This document shows positions 45,603 to 59,000 of a stretch of 64,000 nucleotides of DNA, piece by piece. The position numbers and the translations under genes were made by a program. Source of the stretch: Lingula anatina (lineage: Eukaryota; Animalia; Brachiopoda); contig CM120640.1 of assembly GCA_051362555.1 (NCBI GenBank), forward strand, positions 40,774,788-40,838,787. Direction: 5' to 3'. Below the pieces are notes generated by a model. The model saw only the letters and a list, made by a program, of their open reading frames with translations, was not told where the DNA came from and made no database searches. The stretch's first letter is position 1, and the number at the start of each line of letters is the position of its first letter.

Positions 45603-47314
45603 TCACCACAAGGGCCAACGATAATAGAGAGCCCCGCTCTGTCCTTTAAAGTCTGTGTTAGAAACTGGAACTTTAAGGACGCAGCATTTAACGTCTGTAA
45701 GTGACCTGTCACCGAGAGAAAATGCCTTAAACCATTTCCTTGACTTGGTGTGGTAGTATTCCACGTCCAGAACGCAATGGTCTGGGTTGTCAGGACGGTG
45801 ACCGCCTATTAGGTAAATTCGGTGACCTGTGTTTAAGATAGTAATGCATCTTAAAGAAATAGCATACTACTTCTTACAGTCTTCTACATAAATAAAGTTG
45901 GCCTGGTTAACACAGAGTAAGGAAACAGTACATAATAACAAGCTTAATCTACAGTATGATACACCTAAATATTGACTTGACAAAAATGAAGATATTGATT
46001 TATGCGTGTTATAATGATTTTCCTTGTTTGCCTCTTGGTATGAAGTTCCATTAAACATTTTCAGTACAATTTCTTTAGATCATAGTATCGTTATGCTAAC
46101 AGTCATAACTTACCTAGAGTTATGACACCTGCGCCAGTTCTCGGTTGCTGCAGGGAAATACATTCACAGCTAAGATGAAGGTCTTTAGCCCGTCGTGTAG
46201 TCTGAGAGAACTTCCCAGATTTTAGACGCTCAGTACATTGATCACCTAAAAAATACAAACAAATAGTTTTCGTACCACTATGCCCAATCGATCAAATAAA
46301 AAACGTGCTGGTAATTTATTATTTTAGCTAAGACGGGCCTTAACTGTACCTTCTACCGGGGTGACAGAGAGATTTTTTCCAGATATACACAAATCTTCGT
46401 CTGTGTACATTTCTGTACTGTGCAAAAGTTTTTGTAATTAATTAATTAATCAATTAATTAATTATTTAATTTATTTATTTATTTATTTATTTATTAAATA
46501 TGGCAGAGAGCACTATTAATGTTTTTGAGAAGTCTTCGTGTATCCTGGGGTCAATTTCATAAAAAAAAACTTGTGTCAAAAGTAGGTCTTAACTTCAAAC
46601 CAAAGTTTTTTGTCTGTTATACCCAGGATAAATTCGTTCAAAAATGTTTATATAACTGTCCATCTGAAACAAAACGCTAAAGAAAACTCCTCAAAAGGGT
46701 CACTATTTTCTCATTTAGACGGATCGACTAGTACTACTGATTTATCCTAAGTCAAAGTAGACTGATACTCTTGTTTTCAACTTTCGAATCGACTTATCTC
46801 GTGAAAACGGTTCCAGATTCCAGTCATTAGCTGAAGGAACTGAAGGAATGAGTGATTTCAAAGGGAGAGAAGATTTGATCTCCTGCTCTTTTACGTGCGC
46901 TTTAAAATGATACCGAACACTTTAATTTTTGCCCGGGTCATATTCATACAACGAAAGCAAGTAATAAACGTGTTGGCTTTATATGCAGCGGGCTCCACAT
47001 GCAATAAGTGAAACAGTAAACCAGCCTATGAGGTCCTCTATGATGTAACATTCTCCACAGGTATATGTCCTACCTGGCGTTAACGTGTCCGGTGAAATCT
47101 GTTTATGTGATAAACTTTCTGAAGTATCTTCAAGTCGCGGTCTTTTTGATCGTTGTTCCAGAAGCGAGGCGTCAGACGGGTTCGACTGAGACGGTACTTT
47201 AGGCAGAAAATTGACCTTAGTTGGGTCTGGAGGAAGAAAAAGTGCAATTACAATGTGAACGAGCAATCGGAACCCCCCTCCTGCCCCCTCTCTTTCTCTC
47301 TTTCTCTCTGTCTT

Positions 47315-47356
<42 letters not shown>

Positions 47357-49207
47357 CACGTCTGTCATTATACTTTGATTTAATTGCTATTTCTAATAAA
47401 AACCATTGATTTACCTCGGAATATGTACAGGACATCTCTGTGTATTGTGCAGAGAAGGTTGTCTTGAACCAGAGGAAGTAAAGTTTCCTGTGACTCCAGT
47501 TCAGACCACACATACTTAGGATCTGCCTGGAACCCGGACGGCCATTTCTTTTCGAGAACCCTAGAGTTAAAATTACAGAAAAATATACATACGAATTTAT
47601 TTGCGAATTTAAAAAATAGTGAGAACCCACCATTTATTTGATTAATCTGATTTTATAGCAATCAAATGATTGTCGGAATAGTATAAACGTAATAAAATTT
47701 TACTTTTACATACGCCAGAACGTCTTTCATATACGAATTATAAGATCCAACAGTGATCATACGAAAATAGCAACAATAAATAATTATAAATTCAAACTTT
47801 GTATGCTACTTAGCATGGGGTAAACGTCCGTATTACTACATTTACCATATGTTATTGGTTTGCCTTGGTTTGAAATGTTTTCCTGTGCTTCCCCCTACTA
47901 AGACTACCTTGTCGCGCCACGGCAGGAGACAATGGTTGCGACGTATTTTAGGTATTGGATCCTCATCTAACCACTCATTAATGAAGGGTTCATATGTCTC
48001 ACTGGCATCAGTAGCACAGGTCCCTTGCGGGATCTCGCCGCCTTTAAGATGCAGTCGAGGTTAATACGTAATTTAGGTATGTATTTTTTTCAATCTATTT
48101 ATCTATCTAATATGAAATATTTAACAGTATATATCTGATAGAGTCCGATTGCGATATTCTTTTTTCTAAAAATCTGTTTTATCTGTTGTCATTTCAAAGA
48201 GCATGTGCTTGTTTTTCGAATAAATATTATAATTGTTTAAAGAAAAAATTGAAAACACATCCATGCATAAAAGTTACATATATACTTCTTATTAAATCAA
48301 AAATGCAAGGAAGAAACGTTGTACTTAAACAGATATCCAAAAGGCTAATCGTTCCTTTTTTTAACAAAGTTAATGATGTTAAATATACGTAATAGAAAAT
48401 TGTCGTTATAACATGAAAATGTATTATTTGTTTTTATTTTTCACCTGGACTTAGCATACGTTCCCGACTCCATTTCAGTGAACGGCAAACTTATATGCTA
48501 ACTTATATAAGTTAGACTCACTTGTACACATAAAAACAGTGCTCAGATACGACCTACCTGCAATGTATATCTTTCCATCAAATGTACAAGCTGCGAAATT
48601 CCACCGCTTTCTCCTCAAGGGCGCGCTGTCTGCCCACTTATTAGAAGTAGGATCAAACTTAAGTACCTGTCGATAAAGCGTTTTCTCCAATAAGTAATTA
48701 CCGTTATTTGTTTGACACGGATAAATCAAAGTAATAAGCTTTACCAGACTGCCAAGATTACTAGTATTAGCTGTCGATTTGAGCTATGTCAAATAAAACA
48801 TAATCTCTATGATTATTATTTGGAATAATAATCTATCACTGTTGCCTCCCTTTCCGTGTCCCCCAAACCAAACATTTTCTTCGACCAAATCAATATATAC
48901 GTATTATATCATTTACCTCTTTCTTTCTCCGACCGTTTGCTTTCTTCTCTTTCCCTCCTAATATATACAGTTGGTTTTTTAATACCACTGGCGTAAAATC
49001 TGTTAGGTTTCGTAGCTTTGGCCAAGTGACGTAATTCAGTTTTGGTAAGATCGTTGTCGTTTTCTTGGGATCTACGGTCATGTAACCGACTTTGACATCT
49101 CCTCCGTGGCGCGTGAATACAAGGATAAATTTATAATATTCGTTGTTTGCGTCACTATCCGTCGAAAATTCACGTAGTTGAGGTAGCGGACCTGGCGCGG
49201 TGGACAT
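45603..49207 (-). CDS. Kelch-repeat protein without BTB domain, ~416 aa
   Basis: Exons 48917-49207, 48558-48666, 47846-48041, 47415-47560, 47074-47226, 46114-46245, 45603-45826; phase-compatible, 1251 nt. Kelch blades LYILGG..FDPTSNKW, IYIAGG..YEPFINEW, VVLVGG, IYLIGG..VEYYHTKSRKW. Confidence 0.85.
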
Positions 49208-51613
49208 TTTGCAAGAATGAATTAATCGTAGCTGTACAATCCAATCAAGATTAAGCCTTAATTAAATGGGCATTTTTCATGTGCTGCCTACTCTGGTGTT
49301 ATCGGTATCCTGCCGCATACTGTCGTGCGGGGGTTCTCAAAAATTTGTTCACTGATTGAATATTATTATCTAACAACAAATAACGGTTAATGTGCCCCTT
49401 CGGTAAATTGATATCTCATTAAAGTTGAAAGGGGATTTTACAGTCTATAGAACGCTTCTGATACTTATATGTACGCGGGATTATATTCAAGAAGTGCATG
49501 AATTTTTCAACCCTTTTCCAGAAACAACATAAGAATTCTATAGTGTGGTTCGATATCATTGTTAAACGTTTACGAAGGCTTCCTTAAAACACACTTGTAT
49601 GTTAGGCCTGTTTACTTTCAAATGGATTTTCTATAACAAGCTGTATGATATGGATTTTGTTTGAATAGTTATGCATGAGGTTATAATATGGTGTCTGTTT
49701 TATAATCCTTTCCATGGTTTCAACTCTATTGATTTCTCTTTGTTATTATCAATTTATCGACAAATTATATCACAGATCTCTGACTATATCGCACATCATA
49801 CCTCCAAACCCAGCCAAGCATGTGCTTATTCTTAACAATATCCACTTATCACCAATCACATATATTTTCCGATTTTTGCACAAACCAACTATGTAAAATG
49901 ATGTCGTTTTTATTTTTGGTTCTTTTTAATAGTCACTGGATGAAAATGCGTTTTTTTTTCAACATTGGTACAATTTCGATAATTTTATCGTACTTAATGA
50001 GGAGTTAGAAATTAGAAATGGAGAAATACGTGGTGATATAACATTTGCCCAACGGTTCTGCACCTGCTCGTTCCATACTTAAACCGGCATTTGTAAAATT
50101 TGAAGTACATTCATCGTTTTCATAAGCGAAAGGTGCTCGGTGAAAACTAATTATGATCGCGTTTTCTAGAACTCCTCTATTATAAAGACGTGATGTCCAA
50201 TTTTTTTATCGTTTTTTTTCTTCCGGACAAAATATCCTTAGCCACCCCTTGCCATTGCGTGTCTCCGTAAGCACTTTCCATTTGTGTGTTAAAACAGCGT
50301 ATGCAGTTCAAATGCGTTAGGAAACAATGCTTGTCCACGACAAAAACCGCTTCGTGTACAGATGGATTTAATTTCAACTCCTTTGCATTGAAACAACAGA
50401 ATATTTTTCTCGTCGTAAAATCGGCTGTGACAGGTGATCCAGGACTCGCCATCGTCATCAATTTACAACGAATGCATCCATCTTTTCAAGCTTGCTGTGA
50501 CGCAACAGCCGAGCTGTACAAGTGACGCATTGGGAGACATTTCAGTGCACTAATAACCGATATTTCTCCCATCGTAATATCCACGTGACCCCCACCCCGA
50601 GTCGAGCACCGACTGAAATAAATATGGTTCACCATTTCCGTATAATTCTAAAACTTTTTTTCACTTTTTCTTTTCGTGACAAGCGATTAAATTACCCCCT
50701 TCCCCTGAACATTGCCGATCCTTTTTAAATCCACTTTCGGATGGTCTCAGAGACCGAATTTTAGTCAACGTCCCTTCCATTATAACTTCCTTTAGATTCA
50801 CACATTTGGTTGCGTGGGGGATACATATTTAATCTAGAATTCTCAGACTCGTATATTAAAGAAGACGGACCCAGTCGCTGGTTTGTTTCCTTTTACTTCT
50901 ATGACACCGACTCAAAAAAAACTTAGTGTTCTGTATTCTATATCATCCATTTAAATATCTCAAAATGAAAAAGAAATCTTCATGTTAAACGAAAGCAAGA
51001 TTTGCAACATAGGGGACAAATAAATTAAGAGAAAATTTTGCTGCCTACAAGTTCTATTCATATCATTTATATACAAAAATGTTTAAAAATAAATGGAACA
51101 TCATATATATCTTCTGTACATCAAGTGCTGCCTTTGAAGCTCCTTTTTGTATTCATACTTACATCTTGCTTGGCTACTTATACTTTAAAGCAGATTATAT
51201 GTATTTTACAAAATGACCATTTTCTCTTTAAAAGCAAAGGGATTAATAACCACTTCAATTTTACGAAGGTCTTTCAAATTGGCATTAACAATATATATGG
51301 ACATGCACTTTAGTTGGTTCCATGTCACATTTGCTCTAAACTCATTATGCGCTATACTTAAATAAAAACAACACTGATCAGTTACCTATAAATTTCAGGT
51401 AGAGGTAGAATAAAACCAACTAACAATATATATTTGATAAAAGGTAAGAAAACCCCATGGCATATTTACATCCAGTACAATATTAAAGTTTCTCATGAAA
51501 ATAAATAAAACAAACAGAAAAAATTCTGAAATGACACAAATCCCCACTGATTCAACTCTCCACCACACAAGGAAATAATAAATAATTCAAATATCTATCA
51601 GGATAATGCCTGC

Positions 51614-53332
51614 CTATAATATAATGCATCTTCCAGCCTCCTTTGCTGAAGGTGACACAGGTGAAGGAGAAGATTTGACAGACTTTTCTGGAGAAGGCTT
51701 CTTAATGGATGGTGTGAATGGAAGTGGAGTGGTATAAACTGGAGTGTTTCTTTTAGGCGATGGTGTGGACTTGGGTTTGACAGCTGGTGTCATGGCTGCA
51801 CCCGACCTGGCAGGAGTTTTAGGATAAAGTTTGGCTGAAGGTGTCTTCACATTGGACACATTCACTTTCTTTGCAGATTTGTTACCTGGTGTCTTGGTGG
51901 TGACTTTCTTAGCTGGCGTCTTCAGCGGTGTCTTTGTTTCTTTAGCAGACGTAGATGGTGATTTGCTCCCAGAGCGTTTGGGAGAAGATCTTGATTGCGA
52001 TGGACTAGGATCCTTGGAGGAGATCTTGGCCTTTTTGGGAGGAGAAGCCTCTGCAGATTTCTCCGGAGATCTCTTTCTCTTTTGTGCAGACTGTGCAGGT
52101 GTCTTGTCAGCAGCAGGTTTACTTCTTTTCCTGGTGGATGCAGGAGTCTTAGCTGCTGAGCTCTTACGTGTGGATGCAGGTGTTTTAGCTGCTGAGCTCT
52201 TTCGTTTAGATGCTGGGGTTTTGGAGACTGGGGTCTTGCTCCTAGATCCAGGAGCTTTTCTTGCTGGGCTTTTGCTCCTAGTGGGAGATGCTTTACGTTT
52301 TCTGGAGCTTGCGCTTGCTGGAGTGACTGAGCTGGGTATTTCAACAGCTGCAGGTGTCCTTGATTTTTGAGACTTTCTGCCAGATCCTGGTGTTTTGGCC
52401 TTTGCAGGAGATCTGGCCCTGGAAGGTGTTTTTTTCTGATACACTGAGGCCCTCCTAGTTCTGCTGGACACAGCTGGGGATGTTGGTTGCTGAGACACTG
52501 GCTGACGTGTGCGTGTTGCCGGTTTCTTGAACTTTGGAGACCCTGGTTTTGCAGCAGTTGCACCTTTCCTCTGGTAGATAGATGACCTGAAGCATTTAAA
52601 AAAAACTTGTTTAATCAAATATCAGACTTCTTAATACAAGCACCTTGTATGGAAATAATTAACCAGACATGGCTTCTTATTTCAGGGAAAGTTGGAAATA
52701 AATACTGCAACTTTGAAATGTAGATTTCAACAGTTGTGCAACCTTAAAAGTCACTTTATGCTAATTACAACAAAGACCTGTCCTTGACTCACAAAGTGAA
52801 AGACAAAAAGGATCAAGCATACAAACTGCGTACCTCCTAGTATTTGGTCTTCTTGGGGGTGTTTTTGGAGATATAAAAAGAGCTGCTGAGCCACTTGTCC
52901 ACCCAGGTGACTTTGAGGGTGAAGATCTTGATGCACTTTTCTTTGTCTTAGGTGAATATACCCTTAAAGAATAATGAATAAAGATAGTAATGACAATAAA
53001 CTTGTTAAACAAAAGTGATATTTGTCTTATTTCAAGAAAACAATTTTGAAGTGATGCATTGAAAAAACTGCATATCAATTAAATTATGCATTGTTAAAAA
53101 TGTGTAAAATTTATTAATAAAAATTCACCCTATGTCACACTTCATGACCATGTTCTCAAACACCCCCCTCCCCCTTTTTAGCCAAGTTGCCTGCTTTGGC
53201 GTACCTCGAAAGTGCTGCTGCTTTAGCACCATCCCTAGAAGGGATCTTAGAGGGCTTAGCAGGTTTGCCTACACTTTTCCTGCGAGATGCAGCACTGGTG
53301 CGCTGTGGGGTTTTCCCACTTCTTGGTGGCAT
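51614..53332 (-). CDS. Basic S/T-P-rich disordered protein, 409 aa, with bipartite NLS and C-terminal CaaX (CIIL)
   Basis: Exons 53205-53332 (MPPRSGKTPQ...), 52834-52962, 51614-52586; both introns phase 2; 1230 nt. Many [S/T]P-x-K sites; KRKRSPEKSAEASPPKKAK; ends EAGRCIIL*. Probable non-coding first exon with donor at 54314-54315. Confidence 0.85.
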
Positions 53333-54399
53333 TCTAAAATAAGTAAAAAATATATAAATGGAAAAACTTAAAAGAAGATCTGTTTAAAGGTATATATGAA
53401 CCGAGCATTGGTGGAGCGTGGATTCCCAGTAACACATATAAACCACTTCTACTAGTTTCTTATACTATTATTATAAATTCAACATGCCAAGGGATAAACT
53501 GAATAAATCACTAGATCAGCCATAAAAGAGCTTTAGACTGCTTTCTTTAAATTTTTGGTCAGAAATTTAACCTACTTTCATGGCCTACTTTTCTGCCCCA
53601 TTGACATACAGCACTGAATGCTAGCAGAAAAATCCGTTCAAATATAATTTTCAGGTAAAATTAAACAATGCCTTTTGGTAATTCTCTTAGTTATATACTT
53701 AAAACTACATGCAGGCATTTAGTTGGCTTTTGTGGCAAAAAAAATTACTTCATATGCATCTTTAAACAATGATATTTAGAGTATCTAGATCATTCATTAA
53801 ATTAAGCTGATCAAAAGCATGTTAGAAGTTCTGCATTCCTTAAATCAGGATAAATAGAGAAAGGGAAATGTGCTTTTAACACCCTGATTTTTTTAGCTGG
53901 TTTACCAAATAAATGCACAATAACAATTAATTGTCATACTAGCTCAAATATTGAAACTCATTCGGTGTTGGGTGGTGGTGGTGGGAAGGGGGGGGGGGGG
54001 TCAGCTACATTGTATTTAAGGCACTTCTTAATTTATAGAATCAGATAAGATTCATTAATGTGCTGCACATCCCTGATGAAATTAATCTATCTGCTGGAGA
54101 AAAGAATGATTGGCATTATGTTACGAAAATAACAGAAATCTAAATACTATAAATTTACAAAAAGGCACTTTGTTTACAAATTACAATTAATCAAGAAAGA
54201 CCTTATGAACGACACTGTCAAAGACATTATAAATATGTTTAACACTTATCCGCTGGTTTAAATGATTAACAACTGAGTCTTTGAACACATAGTGAAAATT
54301 AAAACTAATTGATACCTTATGGTACGTTATATATCCTTTGAGTAAACTTATCAGCTGGTAAACCACATATCCCGCTCAGAGTGTAACGAACAACGACGC

Positions 54400-54770
54400 C
54401 AAAAGCATGACCTGAGATCTATCCGGAAATGACCTTTGACACATACCATATTTAGACAATTATCCTTAATGGGTCAAATAGCAACCAATCAAAATGGAAA
54501 ATGTGAAAATTCAAATTTGACCATTATGGCCTAGTTAGAGTAATATATTACTCCGCTTTGTTTTCATCTGTACAACCATATTCTTTATAATATTTTAAAA
54601 CCTCATTTTAAATATTTTGAGTATCATTTCGATTCAGAAGGATAAATGAATGGTGACGTGCAGAACAAGACATCTTGATATCTGAATATCTGAACTAATT
54701 TTTCGAACTATTTTGGCACGGAAGCAAGAAGTTGCGGTTAACCGTTTCAATTTTTGCGCGGAAAGGAGAG
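54400..54770. promoter_or_regulatory. Bidirectional cell-cycle-type promoter
   Basis: Lies between two divergent putative 5'UTR exons (donors at 54315 on - and 54883 on +). CCAAT 54485; CHR TTTGAA on - at 54510-54515; MYB-like GCGGTTAACCGTT ~54734-54746; TTCAA 54746-54750; E2F consensus TTTCCGCGC on - at 54756-54764. Confidence 0.6.
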
Positions 54771-56011
54771 TTCGAGACTGGATTATAAAATAAAATCGCG
54801 GTAATTTCCCAATACCGAGCACTCTTGGAGCTCGGATTTTAAGATTTTCAAGTACAACTTTACATTTGGGATTTCATGTAGGGTAAGTAGCACGTGTACC
54901 CAGAAAGACTAGTCGTAAACACGCTAAAATAGCATAGGGGTCTATATAGTATTTAGACTGCAGTGTTACAACTAATCTGGTGAACCACTCCAGTTTGCAC
55001 ATTATGAAGGTCACCAGTGTCCATTTTACTTTCCTTACGTCTATTAATGTGGATTCCTCGTGTTTTAGTTTGCTAAATATTTAGTCCAAATTGTATAATA
55101 GATTGAAAATAAGAACAGATTTTCTTCACCATAAGTAAACGAACATTCATCATGCCATACATGTAACCTGACTGCCATGAATAAGTAAATTTTACAAAAT
55201 TTTGCAAGCTTGTCAACCCTACGCTTAATTATCAATAACGTCACTCTTTTCCATGTGCAGAATTTTATTGTAAATAAGCTTGTCATGTAAATTATTTTCA
55301 ACGATCATTGTATTTGCATTTTGATTGACTAATCATTACCTTTGTTTGCATTCTTGTATTCATTTGTAATGCTTTTTTTTTTGTTGTTGTTTTATTGGAA
55401 AGAAAAATGCAAATTAAAATATTTGCTACTCATTTTTGTTTTTGAGATGATGATGTGAAGGTGAAAACACCTGCTTTGAAAATCATTGAATTTGAAAATC
55501 CAAGCTTTTTGTACAGATGCAAGCAGTGGTGCAAACCAATGTCAAATATTAGTTCACTTTGTTACCACAAAGATAACTCTATTAATTTGTGATTTAAAAA
55601 AAGCAGTATATGCCAAACTCTTATTAACATACTGGCCCTATAATATACCAAGGTTTTTTTTTTGTAAATGTGAAAAATTGAAATTGAAAATTTGTGTTAA
55701 AGTAAGTCAACACAATTTGTAATATAATGACTTATTAAATGTTTATCACTACTTTGAATACAAAGGTAGAAAAAGGAAATATAATTTAGTTATGTACAAT
55801 CTATGCAGAATGCTCTTATAATGTGGGTTTTTAGTCTTATAGAATTTTAATGCTAACCATGTTGTTCTCTCTGAAAAGCAAAAGTCTTTTTTCTGAAGTG
55901 AATGAAGTGGACTTGTCAGTAGCTTTTAGACCAAATAGTTATTAATTATATTCCAAAAGTATGTTACAAAAATACTAATGTTTAAAACTGTTATTTTTTT
56001 ACAGAAATAAA

Positions 56012-59000
56012 ATGCTTTATGGAAAAATTGTTGTAATTAAGAGAAATGGTGCAGATGGGGCCCATTTTCCACTGACAGCGACGTCATGTTTGATTGGAAG
56101 GTAAGTTTAGACCAAAGTAATATTCTCTTATTTATCAGTTTGACTAATGGGTGCATTTTTGAAATATTAGATATAACTATTTAACTGTCTGGTTTGTATA
56201 TATTGCTTATAAATGAGGCATTTGCAGCTAGTAATTTCCCTGCATTCATCATATTTAGAAAAAAAGGATCAGAATGTTGGAAGTGTGATCTTGTTACAAG
56301 CTAATTTCTTTTTATACTTGCATCAATATGGACATGAAAAAAATAAGTGTATGGCAAAAGAAAATTTGCCATCTGTTATTATTACCAAACTGACCAACTT
56401 ATGACTTTGTCTCATGCCCAGTGTTTTATTATTGCCTTTTGCAGAAGTAATGATTGTGACATCAGGATTCAACTGCCCAATGTTTCCAAGGAGCATTGCA
56501 AGATTGATGTTAATCAGGAAGGGCAGGTTGGTTATTCATGCAACACCTATCTATTATATGAGTCAAAGCACTTTTATATGTAGGATATTGCATTCAATAT
56601 GAATTGATTCAGATAGATGATGAAGGGGAACAGCTGAAACAATTTTCCACAATGTTTAAAACTGCCCTAATACTAATGGAGCTGAAAATCTTTTTCAGAT
56701 TTTTGTCACTAATTTGAGCACTGTGAATCCAACAATGGTAAATGGAACCTCCTTAACCAAGACCATGCTGATTGGGCACAATGATGTTTTCACAGTTATA
56801 GATCGTTCTTTTCGGTTTGAGTTCCCGCCTGGATCACCGTACAGAAATGTATCCCCATCAAAGGCAGTACCAGCTAAGATTTTAACTCCCAAGGCAAAGA
56901 GCCCAGCACCTTCTAAAGTTTTGACACCCATGGTATTTTCTTTGCAAATTTTTTATATAAGCACACGATTTGTATTTGGTTAAATGAAAAAAAAATCTAG
57001 TTACGATAATTGATCCAGCTTTTCAATGGGCTAATTATCAAACCTTCAGATACATATTTTTAAAATCACAAATTATATTTTTATATAGCATTTTTTGTCT
57101 TTTTACTTTATAGAACAAAGCTATGTAGTAACCTGCTTTTTCATTTTGTTGTTGCCACTCATTGGAAAGTTCTAATTTCAAGAAATTGTGACTTAAAAAA
57201 ATACAGAATCTGTAAAATGCACAATTTTCCTCCATTGAAAAGATCAAGTAACTACCATATGTTTTATCAAAACTTAACATTGCAGTTGGTAACTTTTGTT
57301 ATTGATATTTAATTCACCACGCTTTCAGAAGAAGCCTCCAACTCCCAAGCCTACTGGAGTTGAAAATGTAGCCCCTCAAACTCCAGGTTCAGCAAAGAAG
57401 ACACCTGTATCTAAAGGAAGATCACCTTCTCCGAAAAGACCAGCCACACCCAAGGCTGCTACACCTAAAACAACACCCAAAGCAGCTGCTCCTAAAACAA
57501 CACCTAAGGCTGCTACACCTAAAACAACGCCTAAGGCTGCCTCTCCAAAAGCTGTTACCCCTAGGGCTACACCTAAAGTTGCTACGCCAAAAGCCAACAA
57601 CAAGGCTGCAACACCCAAGGCTTCCCCTAAGGCTGCTACACCCAAGGCTTCCCCTAAGGCTGCTACACCCAAAGCTTCCCGTAAGGCTGCTTCACCAAGA
57701 GCTTCCCCTAAGGCTGCAACACCAAAAGCTTCCCCTAAAGCTGCAACACCAAAAGCTTCACCCAAGGCTGCTACACCAAGAGCTGGTACTCCTAAGGCCA
57801 GCCCCAAGGCTGCCACTCCTCAGGCTCTCACGCCTAGAGCAGCTTCTCCTAAGGCATCCCCTAAGACCAGCCCTAAAGTGAAAACACCACAGCGGAAGGC
57901 AGTGTCTCCTCAAGGTAAATTTCTGAAGGTTGAACAGCCCTCGACATACATACTGGTGATGGTTGTGTTTTGCAATTGGTTTGTTGGCCGGGCAAGTGAA
58001 ATTACCAAGCAGTTGCATTGAAATGCATGGGACTATCAGCTGCCTCGCCCTTTTATTCTTCAATTAATATTTATGTTAATATATTAGTCACTACTTATAA
58101 ATCAAAATTTTATTTTTAGAATAATAGGTGGAAATTGCATGATTTTTATCAGTTATCATTAATTTCCTATTTTAATTCTCAAGTGACACAGCTAAGACTT
58201 TTAAAGGGTGTTTGTTCATTTCAGCCACAACTCCTAAATCTGCTGGAAAGAGAAAATCTATCTCCAGCCCTAAATCTCCATCCCCTAAGAGAATGGCAAG
58301 TCCAAAGAAAAGTCCGAAGAGGTTAAGTGCTGGTAAAAAGGTATCATAACACATTTGGTTGAATTGAGCTTGAAAACATTAGACTGTGCATAAAAAGGAT
58401 AACAACTATTCATTTTGGCCAAAAAATAAACTTTCCTGGGGTAAACAACGATTTCCCCATACTTACTAATGGTTAATGAATCCATTTCTACATTCAAAGT
58501 TAGTCCCTGCTTTTTTTATAAAAATTTTGTTTTTTTGTAATAATCTCTTAAGAGATTATTACAAAGTATAGCCTTCAATGGAGGTCACATGGTTCAATGG
58601 CAAGCACAGATTTAAGAATAATTGCTATAACTGCCGTTTTTGTGGTAAAATAGAATATAATATATTTCTATGAATTGTTTACAGTGTATTTATTGTGAAA
58701 TATAGATTTCATACGAAGAGTTGTTATCCCTTTAACTTGTTAGATATCCAAATTTTAAATATTTTGATATTTATTGTACCACCAGCGTTAGCGCTGGCGG
58801 TACACATGGTTTCGGTCCCGTCCGGATCGTTCCGCCGGCTCCGCCGAACGGCTACCGTTACCGCTTCTCCTCCTAGACGGTAAGGGCCCCCGTACCCATC
58901 TCATGGATTTAGGTCACCTATAATCTCAACTCGTTCCACGTAAAATTTAGGCTTTGTCGGTATTGGGGTCTGGGTGTGGCACTCATTGCAATGCACCCTT

